Of a DNA stretch of 64,000 nucleotides, positions 9,686-18,822 are shown one piece after another. This stretch comes from a virus. Below the pieces are notes generated by a model. The model was not told the DNA's origin and searched no databases. It saw only the letters and a program-made list of their open reading frames with translations. The position numbers and the translations under genes are program-made. Numbering within the stretch: the stretch's first letter is position 1; each line of letters starts with the position of its first letter. Where the stretch lies: the IMG/VR virus record IMGVR_UViG_3300024239_000017; one strand, written 5' to 3'.

Positions 9686-9893
9686 AAACACATAACTGAA
9701 GATAAGTAGTAAGTGAGAATTGGTTCATGAAAGTGACCACGCCCCTTTATAGCATTTACCTACATCGAGACGACTTAATCACTGCCAAGAGTGAGTTACT
9801 TATTGTAAGATATTTTGAGTGCTACATGGTCATTGGTAATTACAGTGAATGATAGAAACAAAAATATTCCACTTGGAAATGGATTATGTGTTT
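9686..9893 (+). ncRNA. putative ~208-nt structured RNA
   Basis: Closed by AAACACATAA/TTATGTGTTT. Internal stems include ATAAGTAG/TTACTTAT and a GAAA-capped hairpin, with a possible pseudoknot TAGCATT/AGTGCTA. No ORF. Confidence 0.5.
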
Positions 9894-10356
9894 TTAAAAA
9901 TATTGCAGGTGGCTCCCTTAATAGTCAAGGCTGACCTTTAGCATCTGATAGAGTAACTATCTATACAGGGGGTGAAAGTAAAAGGCTAAACATTGAACCA
10001 TTGTAAATCCGAAAGAAGTGTCAAAAGCTCTTAAGACACATTCACACTCTGGGGTCAGTTTGAATCTGGCGACACAAATTAGGGCTTGTGAATATCAGAT
10101 GAGTTAAGAGAGAGTGTGGTTTACATAAAGATACTAATCTTGAATTGACAGGATGATTAATAGATGAGATTGTATCAAAGTCTCGTGTATAGACCGAGAA
10201 TGTTAATTGGAGTAATCCTAGATGTGTTGTTCCCTTGAGAAAGGAGTGTAGAAGAAGTTAACATGGTTTTAGAATTGCCTGAAATCCACTTACAACACAA
10301 ATGAGTTCTCAATATTTACCCTAATTAGAAATAATGGGTGGAATATTTATTTTATT

Positions 10357-10391
10357 TTGCTTGATACTAATCATTTTTATTTGTATCTTTG
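10357..10391 (+). promoter_or_regulatory. Bacteroidota-type promoter for the HNH gene
   Basis: TTTG ... TATCTTTG (TAnnTTTG) shortly upstream of ATG 10409; spacing slightly longer than in the other copies. Confidence 0.55.
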
Positions 10392-10408
10392 TATAAATTA
10401 TTAATAAT

Positions 10409-10894
10409 ATGTGGAAACAAATAGAAGATTTAGATTATGAAATAAATTCTGAAGGGTTAGTAAGAAGAATTTCAACAAAAAGAATTAAGAAATCTTTTAA
10501 AAGACCAGATGGTTATATAGGTATTCAATTATATTTAACAAAAGATAAAATTAAAAATTATCAATTGCACAGATTAATTGCAAATGCTTTTATTCCAAAT
10601 CCTGAAAATAAACAGTATGTTAATCATAAAGATTCTAATAGAGAAAATAATTTATTAGATAATCTTGAATGGGTAACATTTGAAGAAAATGTAAAACATG
10701 GATATGAATCAGGGTATGCTTCTAATAAAGGTTCTAAAAATGGGTTTTCTGTATTAACAGAGATACAAGTTTTAGAAATAAGAAAAAGAAGAGTAGAAGA
10801 AAAGTTATCATATCAAAAATTAGCAGAAATATATAATGTTTCTTATAGTTGTATTGCTGGAATAATTCAAAGAATTAATTGGAAACATATTTAA
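10409..10894 (+). CDS. HNH homing endonuclease (NUMOD4-HNH with C-terminal HTH)
   Basis: YEINSEG.V, LHRLIANAFIPNPENKQYVNHKDSNRENN...NLEWVT..EN..H, and terminal LAEIYNVS helix-turn-helix. Confidence 0.92.
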   Translation: MWKQIEDLDYEINSEGLVRRISTKRIKKSFKRPDGYIGIQLYLTKDKIKNYQLHRLIANAFIPNPENKQYVNHKDSNRENNLLDNLEWVTFEENVKHGYESGYASNKGSKNGFSVLTEIQVLEIRKRRVEEKLSYQKLAEIYNVSYSCIAGIIQRINWKHI

Positions 10895-11152
10895 GATAAA
10901 CTAAACCCTAATTGAAACTATACAGTAATGTATAGAATGGATATAGTTGTATGAGATATACTATTGTAAACCATTGGGAGTTCTCAGCAAGTAGTTAAGC
11001 AATTGAAATAATAGAATTAGCAATATGCTCTATTAACTACGTGACCCTACTCTTATTTAATATTAAGATTGATGTCCATAATTATTTATGAAAAACTAGA
11101 GTTCTTTTTATTAAATAAGACAAGAGGGTGCTAAAATTTTAAATTAACTATT

Positions 11153-11476
11153 ATGGAAAAGCAAACATTTTTAATAAAATCTTTTATTCCTTCAGATGAA
11201 AATATTGTAAGGTCTGATATTTATAAGCTACAAAAATTAGGTTATAAACATAATATTACTTGGATATTTATTGCTATTACTTATAATGGTGGATACGGAA
11301 CAGGTATGGATATTTTTGGACATAAAACTGAATTAGAAGCGGTTAAATCATTAATTTCTGTAGGTGCGTTTGATAATAGTGAAACAGAACTTTATAAGTT
11401 TGGAGATATGACTTTAGATGAAGCATTAGAAATAAGAAAACAACAAGTAGAATATTTAACTCAAAAATTAAAATAA
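11153..11476 (+). CDS. hypothetical protein
   Basis: Packed ORF. Confidence 0.65.
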   Translation: MEKQTFLIKSFIPSDENIVRSDIYKLQKLGYKHNITWIFIAITYNGGYGTGMDIFGHKTELEAVKSLISVGAFDNSETELYKFGDMTLDEALEIRKQQVEYLTQKLK

Positions 11477-11886
11477 TGAAAAATTTATTTGTTCCTTATA
11501 AACAAGCATTGGAACTTAAAGAATTAGGTTTTGATGAAGAATGTTTAGGAGATTATTTTGAATTTAATGACTTAAATCAAAAATTAAAAGAAGATATACA
11601 ATTATGTATAACTCAAGACGATGTTAATGAATATACTGTAAGTAATTCATTATATCCTTTCTGGTCTTGCTCAGCCCCACTTTGGCAACAAGCGTTTGAT
11701 TGGTTTAGAAATGAATACAATTTATGTAGTTGGATTTACAAAAGTGCTTCAAGACCTTATAAATATCACTATAGTATTTTAAAAGACGCTAGAGTTTACG
11801 TAGAATCAGATAATAATAAATCTACTTATGAAGAAGCACGTTTAGAATGTCTTAAAAATTTAATTGAAATAGTTAAAAATAAATAA
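11476..11886 (+). CDS. hypothetical protein, 'ALELKELGF...APLWQQAFDWFR' family
   Basis: Paralogue of 6037..6501. Confidence 0.75.
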   Translation: MKNLFVPYKQALELKELGFDEECLGDYFEFNDLNQKLKEDIQLCITQDDVNEYTVSNSLYPFWSCSAPLWQQAFDWFRNEYNLCSWIYKSASRPYKYHYSILKDARVYVESDNNKSTYEEARLECLKNLIEIVKNK

Positions 11887-11887
11887 A

Positions 11888-12139
11888 ATGACATCAGAAA
11901 GAATAAAAGAAATACAACAGAAAACAGCTTATCCTGAAAGTAGAAGTGTAAAACAGGCACTTGACCAAGTATGGAACGAATGTTCACAAGAGTCTTATTC
12001 TAAACAACAAGTATTAGAGTTAATGAAACAATCGTTTGAAGCAGGATTTAAAAAAGCTGATATTGTAGAAGCAGGTTTAGAACCTAAAGAAACTGAACAA
12101 GAAGTTAATTGGATTTTACTAAAACATAAAAATAAATAA
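11888..12139 (+). CDS. hypothetical protein
   Basis: C-terminal half duplicated from the 7795 gene. Confidence 0.7.
   Translation: MTSERIKEIQQKTAYPESRSVKQALDQVWNECSQESYSKQQVLELMKQSFEAGFKKADIVEAGLEPKETEQEVNWILLKHKNK
11996..12139 (+). repeat. 144-bp near-identical repeat, copy 2
   Basis: Matches 8425..8568. Confidence 0.85.
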
Positions 12140-12140
12140 A

Positions 12141-12362
12141 ATGTTAGAAAGAATTAATATAATAGAATTAGCATCAAATTTAGCTCACGAAGAGTTAATA
12201 AATGAATATGAAAATCTATTAGAAAATAAAGAAAGGTTATTTCCAAATGGTATTTTTATAGATGAAGATGAGGAAACAACTAGATATTCTGAAGAAGCTC
12301 AGGATATATTTAATAGTTATTATGATAAATATTTAACTATAATTGAAAAATGTAAAGAATAA
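12141..12362 (+). CDS. hypothetical acidic protein
   Basis: Packed ORF. Confidence 0.65.
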   Translation: MLERINIIELASNLAHEELINEYENLLENKERLFPNGIFIDEDEETTRYSEEAQDIFNSYYDKYLTIIEKCKE

Positions 12363-12364
12363 TA

Positions 12365-12397
12365 TTTGCATATGTCAAAAAATTTTTGTATGTTTGC
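12365..12397 (+). promoter_or_regulatory. conserved phage promoter repeat (Bacteroidota -33/-7 consensus)
   Basis: TTTG-catatgtcaaaaaatttttg-TATGTTTG; near-identical to four copies on the - strand. Confidence 0.8.
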
Positions 12398-12416
12398 GAA
12401 ATAAAATCAAAATAAA

Positions 12417-12641
12417 ATGAACACACAATTTTTAATTTATCTATTGGGATTTATTATATCTTATTTTTTAGTAAGAAACTTTTTTAGAAAACTAGCAGAA
12501 AGAAAATATGCGGAAGAATATGGATGGTATAATGTATTTATTAATATAGCTATATCTAGTTTATCTTACATTTCAGTTATGATATTTTTATTTATATTTA
12601 TTATTAGTAAATTTCCTAATAAACCACCGAAATTTTTATAA
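12417..12641 (+). CDS. small membrane protein
   Basis: Two hydrophobic segments. Confidence 0.65.
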   Translation: MNTQFLIYLLGFIISYFLVRNFFRKLAERKYAEEYGWYNVFINIAISSLSYISVMIFLFIFIISKFPNKPPKFL

Positions 12642-12660
12642 ATTTTAAAAATAAATTATT

Positions 12661-12945
12661 ATGAAAGTAGACGAAAATTTATTACTAGATTTACCAAATA
12701 TGGAAATCTTATCAAATGGTCAAACATCCTACTATAAAACAATAAGTATAGAAGGTAATGAGATATATTTAGTTAATATTTTAGACTATGATGATGAGTT
12801 ATATATACCATTAAAGAATTTGAGTAGCCACATAAATAATGTTGGACACGTATTAAATTATAATGAGTATATTTATTCATTGGAAGAAATATTTGAACAC
12901 CGAGAGGTAATAGTTAGTAAAAATAATAAAAAATTTCAAAATTAA
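12661..12945 (+). CDS. hypothetical protein (tandem paralogue 1)
   Basis: Similar to 12951..13226 (LL..P..E.L...NEI.L.NI.D..DE.YI.LKN...G.VLNY). Confidence 0.7.
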   Translation: MKVDENLLLDLPNMEILSNGQTSYYKTISIEGNEIYLVNILDYDDELYIPLKNLSSHINNVGHVLNYNEYIYSLEEIFEHREVIVSKNNKKFQN

Positions 12946-12950
12946 AATAC

Positions 12951-13226
12951 ATGGGAAACTTATCAGTAAATCAAGAACTATTAAATAATATTCCTACATT
13001 AGAAGTATTATATATGGATAGAAAAAAACATTATATTGTAAGAGATATTTACAATAATGAAATAACTTTAGAAAATATAAAAGATAATTTAGACGAATGG
13101 TATATAAATTTGAAAAATATTTCTCCAGATTGTGAAATAGGTAAAGTATTAAATTACGATAAATTTATAAAAGCAGTGAGAAATGTAATGCTAGAACAGG
13201 AGATAAATGAGTATCAACAACACTAA
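12951..13226 (+). CDS. hypothetical protein (tandem paralogue 2)
   Basis: Similar to 12661..12945. Confidence 0.7.
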   Translation: MGNLSVNQELLNNIPTLEVLYMDRKKHYIVRDIYNNEITLENIKDNLDEWYINLKNISPDCEIGKVLNYDKFIKAVRNVMLEQEINEYQQH

Positions 13227-13236
13227 TAAATAATTA

Positions 13237-13842
13237 ATGATATTAAGTAAAAAATATGATTTAGAAAATCTACTAGATGTAAACTTTCCTTTCAAAATAT
13301 CTGATATAAATAAAGATGATGGTTTATTTTATTTTAAAATAAATGACGTTCAAATGTGTATCAGAAATTATGAAGTATATAATAATTTTGGATATTATTT
13401 AAAAAGATATTTTGACCTTCACTCAGGAAATATTTCTGAGAGTTTTAATTTAAATGAAGTTAATAGAAACATATATTTTAACGGAGACATGACAATATAT
13501 GAAACTTTAACTGATGTAAATATTACAATAGAAGAAAAATACTTATATGAAAGATTTCAAAGTTATAGTCCTAAATGTTTTTGGGGTACAATTATATCAC
13601 CAAATTATGTTAATATAGGACAAAGAAAAATAATAAAAGCAGAATACTCTCCACACTCAAAAGATAAAATGACAACTAAAGTTCTAGTGCAACCTGAAGG
13701 AGTGAATTACGAAGAATCGTATTTTGTATATATTGATAAAAAATTCAGACCTTCACATGAAACTAAGATATTACATAAATTTGTAAATGACAAGGGTATT
13801 TTACACTATAAAAAAAGTTTCTTTAACAATTGGGTTTATTAA
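13237..13842 (+). CDS. hypothetical protein
   Basis: Packed ORF. Confidence 0.65.
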   Translation: MILSKKYDLENLLDVNFPFKISDINKDDGLFYFKINDVQMCIRNYEVYNNFGYYLKRYFDLHSGNISESFNLNEVNRNIYFNGDMTIYETLTDVNITIEEKYLYERFQSYSPKCFWGTIISPNYVNIGQRKIIKAEYSPHSKDKMTTKVLVQPEGVNYEESYFVYIDKKFRPSHETKILHKFVNDKGILHYKKSFFNNWVY

Positions 13843-13843
13843 A

Positions 13844-14428
13844 ATGAAGTACAATATTATATACGCAGATCCACCTTGGCAATATGGAAGTAAATCTGCC
13901 GTGAACAATAGTAACGGTAGTGAGATTAAAAAATTATCAGAACACTATAATAGTATGACCATAGATGATATTAAATCTATAGATATAAAAAGTATTACTG
14001 AGGATGACGCTTGTTGCTTTATGTGGGTAACAGATTCACATTTAAAAGAAGGTATAGAAGTTATGGAGTATTGGGGATTCAAATATAAAACAGTAGCTTT
14101 TGTATGGGTAAAAACTACAAACAAAGGTAATTACTGTAAGAATGTTGCACCTTGGACTTTAAAGAGCACAGAGCTTTGTTTATTTGGTACCAAAGGAACC
14201 ATGACAAAATATAAAAAGAATAATTCTATAGAATCTTTAGTTTTTGCAGAAAGATTTAAACATTCTCAGAAACCAGAAGAAGTTAGAAGTAGAATAGAGA
14301 GTTTATTTGGTGATTTACCAAAATTAGAGCTTTTTGCTAGAAGTGGTAGAGATGGATGGACTACGGTAGGCAACGCTATAGATGGAATGGATATTAATGA
14401 AAGTTTAGAATTATTAAAACATGAGTAA
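13844..14428 (+). CDS. MT-A70 family N6-adenine methyltransferase
   Basis: IIYADPPW, FMWVT, WGFKYKTVAFVWVK, HSQKPE and LELFAR; ATG at 13844 preferred. Confidence 0.9.
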   Translation: MKYNIIYADPPWQYGSKSAVNNSNGSEIKKLSEHYNSMTIDDIKSIDIKSITEDDACCFMWVTDSHLKEGIEVMEYWGFKYKTVAFVWVKTTNKGNYCKNVAPWTLKSTELCLFGTKGTMTKYKKNNSIESLVFAERFKHSQKPEEVRSRIESLFGDLPKLELFARSGRDGWTTVGNAIDGMDINESLELLKHE

Positions 14429-14966
14429 ACATTTTTTTAAAATAGACAAAGGAAATCTTATAACAAAGGCATTAGACGGTGAATTTGATGTAATAGCACA
14501 TGGTTGTAATTGTTTTTGTACCCAAAAATCTGGAATAGCTGTAGAAATGGTTAAGAATTTCAAAACAGATACTTTTCCAATGGAGACTCGTGGTAGAGGA
14601 GACATTAATAAACTAGGTCAGATTGATTTTATAAATTTTTATAAAGGAAAAAAAGATTCATTATTTCAAGATGAAGATTGGTATTTTTCATTTGATAGAA
14701 AGGAAGTACCTGATTTAGTAGTAGTAAATGCTTATACACAATATAAATATGGTAATAATCATAGTGATGGTGAAGCTGTACCATTAGATTATAGAGCATT
14801 AGCTTTATGTTTCAAGAAAATAAATCACACTTTTAAAGGTAAGCATATTGGTTTACCTTTAATTGGTGGTGGTTTGGCAGGAGGGGATATGGACATTATT
14901 ATAAAAATAATGAGACAAGAATTTAAAAACTGTGACGTTACATTAGTATTATACGATAAAAATTAA
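14421..14966 (+). CDS. macrodomain (ADP-ribose binding/hydrolase)
   Basis: GNLI...IAHGCNC..QKSGIA, VVNAYTQY and LPLIGGGLAGGD. Confidence 0.85.
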   Translation: MSKHFFKIDKGNLITKALDGEFDVIAHGCNCFCTQKSGIAVEMVKNFKTDTFPMETRGRGDINKLGQIDFINFYKGKKDSLFQDEDWYFSFDRKEVPDLVVVNAYTQYKYGNNHSDGEAVPLDYRALALCFKKINHTFKGKHIGLPLIGGGLAGGDMDIIIKIMRQEFKNCDVTLVLYDKN

Positions 14967-14970
14967 AATT

Positions 14971-16833
14971 ATGGGATTCAGAATTAATTCACTTTATTTA
15001 AGTGATGGATATAAAGTTGGGCATAAAAGCATGTTAGCCCCAGGAACAACAAGATTATATGGTACATGGATACCTAGAAGTTTAAAACATGCCCCTAAAG
15101 GTATTAATAAAATAGTTACATTTTATTATCAAGCGGTTTGGAAAAGATTGAATGACGAATTTAATGAAAACTTTTTCTTTACAGCAGAAAGAAACCTTGC
15201 AATACTTGATGGAGATCAAGATAAATTTGAAGAATTGAAAGTTAATGCAATGGTTTTTGCAAAAGATATGTCCGATTATCTTGGTATGGACTATGACGGA
15301 AATCATTTTGGACAATTATGGGATATAGGTTATTTACCTATAAGAGTTAAAGCATTACCTGAAGGTATAGAAACTCTTCCTAACATTCCTCATATGACTT
15401 TTATCAACACTGTTAAAGGTTTTGGATGGCTTACTCTTTACTTAGAAACTATTGTAAGTAATCAAGCTTGGAAAGGTAGTACTTCTGCTACTATTGCTAA
15501 ATTATATCGTAGACAAGCAGAAGAATGGGTTAATAAAACAGATAAAGCTAATATTGGATTAGTAGATTGGATGTGCCATGATTTCTCTTCTAGAGGATTG
15601 TCTGGCGTAGATGATATGATTACTGTTGGATTGGGACACGCTACTTCTTTTAGAGGTTCTGATACATTAGTAACTATACCTGCTGCAAGATATTATTATA
15701 ATGAAACAGAAGTTTGTATTGGTTCTGTAAATGCATCTGAACACTCTGTATCTACAACTAAAATTTTCACTGTTGGTGAAAAGCAAATGATTATTGACTG
15801 GTTGAAAGAAATTCCAAATGGTATTTTTTCAATGGTTTGTGATACATTTAGTACTTGGCAATTTATTGAATATTTAAAGGATCCTGAGATTAAAGAACTA
15901 GTACTTAATCGTAATGGTAAATTAGTAGTAAGACCTGATTCAGGAGACCCCGCAGATATTATTTGTGGTAAAAAACCTAAGAAAAGAAAATATTTTGCAG
16001 AATATTCTGAAAACGATATAGAAGAATGGTTAGAAATTTCATCAGATGAAATGATAACTAATATATTAAATGATAAAGAATATATCTATGAATTAGATGA
16101 TTTCTTACCATCAATGAGTGGTGGAAGAGATTATACTCCTGATTTTAAAGATGGGCAAACATGTTATATAAAAATAGGTAATAGAGTAATCGCATTTGAA
16201 GTATATACAGGAGAATGTGTAGAAGCTACTTGGGCTCATACTATTAATGAAACAGATATAAAAAATCTGAGAGAAGTAGACCCAATAGAAAAAAATTCAC
16301 CCGAAGCAAAAGGAGTTGTAGAACTTCTTTGGGATATTTTTGGAGGAACAGTTAATGAACAAGGTTATAAAGTATTAGATCCTCATATCGGTGCCATTTA
16401 CGGTGATAGTATTACACCTGAAAGACAAGTAGATATTTATAAAAGACTATCTGAAAAAGGATTTGCATCAACAAATATAGTTTTAGGTATAGGTTCATTT
16501 ACATATGAATATATGACTAGAGATACTTTAGGTTTTGCTGCAAAAGGAGCATGGTTTGAAGTAGAAGGAGAAGGTAAGTGCAATTGTGGTCATACAATAG
16601 ACTGTGACTGTGTAAAACAATATGATATTTATAAAGACCCTATTACAGACGACGGTACTAAAAAATCATTAAAAGGATTTTTACAAGTATACAAAGATGA
16701 ACAAGGAGAATATAGAGTCAAAGAACAATGTACTGTTGAAGAAGAAAATACAGGAGAATTACAATTGATATTTGAAAATGGTAAATTCTTTAATCAAACA
16801 AGTTTAACAGAAATTAGAAATAGATTAAAATAA
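14971..16833 (+). CDS. nicotinamide phosphoribosyltransferase-like enzyme (NAMPT/Namat)
   Basis: DGYKVGH, HDFSSRG, GSDT, ASEHSV, VRPDSGDP, IYGDSIT, KDPITDDGTKKSLKG. Confidence 0.9.
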   Translation: MGFRINSLYLSDGYKVGHKSMLAPGTTRLYGTWIPRSLKHAPKGINKIVTFYYQAVWKRLNDEFNENFFFTAERNLAILDGDQDKFEELKVNAMVFAKDMSDYLGMDYDGNHFGQLWDIGYLPIRVKALPEGIETLPNIPHMTFINTVKGFGWLTLYLETIVSNQAWKGSTSATIAKLYRRQAEEWVNKTDKANIGLVDWMCHDFSSRGLSGVDDMITVGLGHATSFRGSDTLVTIPAARYYYNETEVCIGSVNASEHSVSTTKIFTVGEKQMIIDWLKEIPNGIFSMVCDTFSTWQFIEYLKDPEIKELVLNRNGKLVVRPDSGDPADIICGKKPKKRKYFAEYSENDIEEWLEISSDEMITNILNDKEYIYELDDFLPSMSGGRDYTPDFKDGQTCYIKIGNRVIAFEVYTGECVEATWAHTINETDIKNLREVDPIEKNSPEAKGVVELLWDIFGGTVNEQGYKVLDPHIGAIYGDSITPERQVDIYKRLSEKGFASTNIVLGIGSFTYEYMTRDTLGFAAKGAWFEVEGEGKCNCGHTIDCDCVKQYDIYKDPITDDGTKKSLKGFLQVYKDEQGEYRVKEQCTVEEENTGELQLIFENGKFFNQTSLTEIRNRLK

Positions 16834-16834
16834 A

Positions 16835-17779
16835 ATGAAACTTCCTTGGAATAAAGATAATAGTGTGAAATCAGTAAATATACCAGAAGGTGATAAATCT
16901 TTTGGTGATCTTATAATGGATAATTCAATCGAAATAAGGATTATAAATGAATTTTATTACAAAGTCTTAAGTTATCCAGATGGTAGTAAATATGTCAAAG
17001 TTTATAACATTTATAACGATTTAACTTTTAAAATTAATTCTTATGAAGATTTATGGATTTTAAATCAGATACATGACGTGGTTAAAAGTAAAGGTAGGTA
17101 TGTTACTGTAACAATACCTAATTTAATTGACGCTCAAGCAGATAGAAGATTCAATTCAGATGAATCTAGTGGATTAAAATTAGTTTGTAACTTTTTAAAT
17201 GGTCTTTCTAATTTCAATTATAAGATATTTCATCCACATAATCAAGAAGTAGTTGAAGCTTTATTAGATAGAGTTGAAATCATTGATAATTCCGAATTTA
17301 TAAATCAAGTAATATCTATTAAATTGAATGCAAGAATAGATAACTCGGTAAAAGATAATTTAATTTTAATGAGTTCTGATGCAGGAGGATTCAAACCCTT
17401 AATGAAATTAGCTGATAAACTTGCTTGGAGAGGTGAAACTTTCTCAGCGTCTAAATCTAGAAAATATGAAGAGGGTAAATCAAAATTACTTCAACAAATT
17501 GATAGACAGGACTTTAATGGAAAAGATATTCTCATAATAGATGATATATGTGTTTATGGGGGAACATTTAAAGGTCTTGCTAAAATGTTAAGAGAAAGAA
17601 ATTGTGGTAAATTATATTTAGCTGTAAGTCATATGACAGTTGAAAATTTAGGTGAAGATCCTGTAACTGATTACTTTGATATGGTTTATACTACTAATAG
17701 TAAATTTGAATTTTATGATAAACCAGAAAAATATCATGGAGACAGATTAGATAATTTAGAAATAATTAAATTGTTTTAA
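16835..17779 (+). CDS. ribose-phosphate pyrophosphokinase-like enzyme (Prs/Adps)
   Basis: YPDG, DAQADRRF, HPHN, SDAGG, ILIIDDICVYGGTF (PRT loop) and LAVSH. Confidence 0.88.
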   Translation: MKLPWNKDNSVKSVNIPEGDKSFGDLIMDNSIEIRIINEFYYKVLSYPDGSKYVKVYNIYNDLTFKINSYEDLWILNQIHDVVKSKGRYVTVTIPNLIDAQADRRFNSDESSGLKLVCNFLNGLSNFNYKIFHPHNQEVVEALLDRVEIIDNSEFINQVISIKLNARIDNSVKDNLILMSSDAGGFKPLMKLADKLAWRGETFSASKSRKYEEGKSKLLQQIDRQDFNGKDILIIDDICVYGGTFKGLAKMLRERNCGKLYLAVSHMTVENLGEDPVTDYFDMVYTTNSKFEFYDKPEKYHGDRLDNLEIIKLF

Positions 17780-17783
17780 TACA

Positions 17784-18110
17784 ATGGAAGAAAATAAAAA
17801 AGAAACACCTGTAGAATGGTTATTTCAACAATTATGGGATACTCCTAAAGATAAATTTACTTGGTATAATATTTTAAATAAAGCTTTAGAAAAAGAAAAA
17901 GAAGAAATTACAAATGCTTTTATTTGGGGAGAAACTAATGAATACCAAAAAGAACCAAAAATAGCTAAATCTTTACAACCTAAAAGATTTAAAAGAAATT
18001 CTTACAAAACTTATACTAGAATTAAAAATAAGTCTTTTAGAAGATTTTTAAATGCCAATTTTGAAGTAGGTAAAGAAATTTTAAAGAAAAGATATGGTTG
18101 GGAATTTTAA
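17784..18110 (+). CDS. hypothetical protein
   Basis: Packed ORF (ETPVEWL...ALEKEKEEI..AF). Confidence 0.65.
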   Translation: MEENKKETPVEWLFQQLWDTPKDKFTWYNILNKALEKEKEEITNAFIWGETNEYQKEPKIAKSLQPKRFKRNSYKTYTRIKNKSFRRFLNANFEVGKEILKKRYGWEF

Positions 18111-18122
18111 TATTAATATAAT

Positions 18123-18347
18123 ATGTCAAACAAGAAAATTTTAGAATTAATCCTAAATACAGCAGGATTTACTATGGAAAATTATGAACTTATTAAAGAT
18201 GGTTCAATGGTAGGTTATGAATTTGAAGCACATATTAATGGGCAATGTCAATTCCAAGTAGCAACAGATAGTTTTAAAGATGCTATTAGAGAAACTATAG
18301 AAGGTATATATTTTACAGACGACCTTACTTTTGATTATATATTTTAA
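18123..18347 (+). CDS. hypothetical protein
   Basis: Packed ORF. Confidence 0.6.
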   Translation: MSNKKILELILNTAGFTMENYELIKDGSMVGYEFEAHINGQCQFQVATDSFKDAIRETIEGIYFTDDLTFDYIF

Positions 18348-18366
18348 AAATAATAATTATAATATT

Positions 18367-18783
18367 ATGATACAAGAATTAGTAAAGCAATGGGAAGAAA
18401 ATAAACATGAACTTGAAAATTATTTCAGAACAACTAGACAAGAAGAGTATGCGTCAAGTTATAAACAAATATTGAAAAAAATATTTGAATTATGTTTATT
18501 GAAAGCAGATAATTACACAAATTTTGATTTAGATAAAATGACTGTAATTGACGACGGTGATTATCAAGGTACACAAATTTTTATTATACCTAAAAACACC
18601 TATCAACCAAGTGTAGGAGATTATGTAATGACAAATACTTATTATGGTAGTTGTTCAGGTTGTGACACACTTCAGGCAATCTGTGAGTATGAAAATGGTC
18701 TACCAACAGATGATCAAGTAAAAGGTTATATGACTCTTGCTTTACATTTAGTTCAAAAACTAAAATGGTTAGATAAAAATTAA
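18367..18783 (+). CDS. conserved phage hypothetical protein (IDDGDYQGT...YGSCSGCDTL)
   Basis: Characteristic motif; ATG at 18367. Confidence 0.75.
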   Translation: MIQELVKQWEENKHELENYFRTTRQEEYASSYKQILKKIFELCLLKADNYTNFDLDKMTVIDDGDYQGTQIFIIPKNTYQPSVGDYVMTNTYYGSCSGCDTLQAICEYENGLPTDDQVKGYMTLALHLVQKLKWLDKN

Positions 18784-18822
18784 TTATTAAATTTAATTTT
18801 CAAAAATGGGGTCGCATCCAAA

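Larger units (their letters stand above)
9902..11131 (+). ncRNA. putative large multi-domain ncRNA, interrupted by an HNH gene
   Basis: ORF-free and GC-enriched, with long-range complements GCTGACC/GGTCAGT, CATCTGATA/TATCAGATG, CACACTCT/AGAGTGTG, TGTGTTGT/ACAACACA, GTAGTTAA/TTAACTAC and TCTTATTTAATA/TATTAAATAAGA. Confidence 0.55.

Noticed and set aside
9696-9860. Hammerhead ribozyme (CTGAAGA ... GAAAC)
   Set aside because: No stem III with an NUH cleavage triplet adjacent to the closing stem.
10409-10894. IscB/HEARO RNA-guided nuclease
   Set aside because: The protein is only 161 aa, NUMOD4-HNH-HTH type, with no PLMP or RuvC motifs.
10312-10986. Canonical group I intron around the HNH gene (GAAACTA / GATATAGTT resemble the R/S elements)
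   Set aside because: P7 would be AACUA/UAGUU rather than GACUA/UAGUC, only about 23 nt separate the strands (little room for P3 and P8), and no P4-P6 was found.
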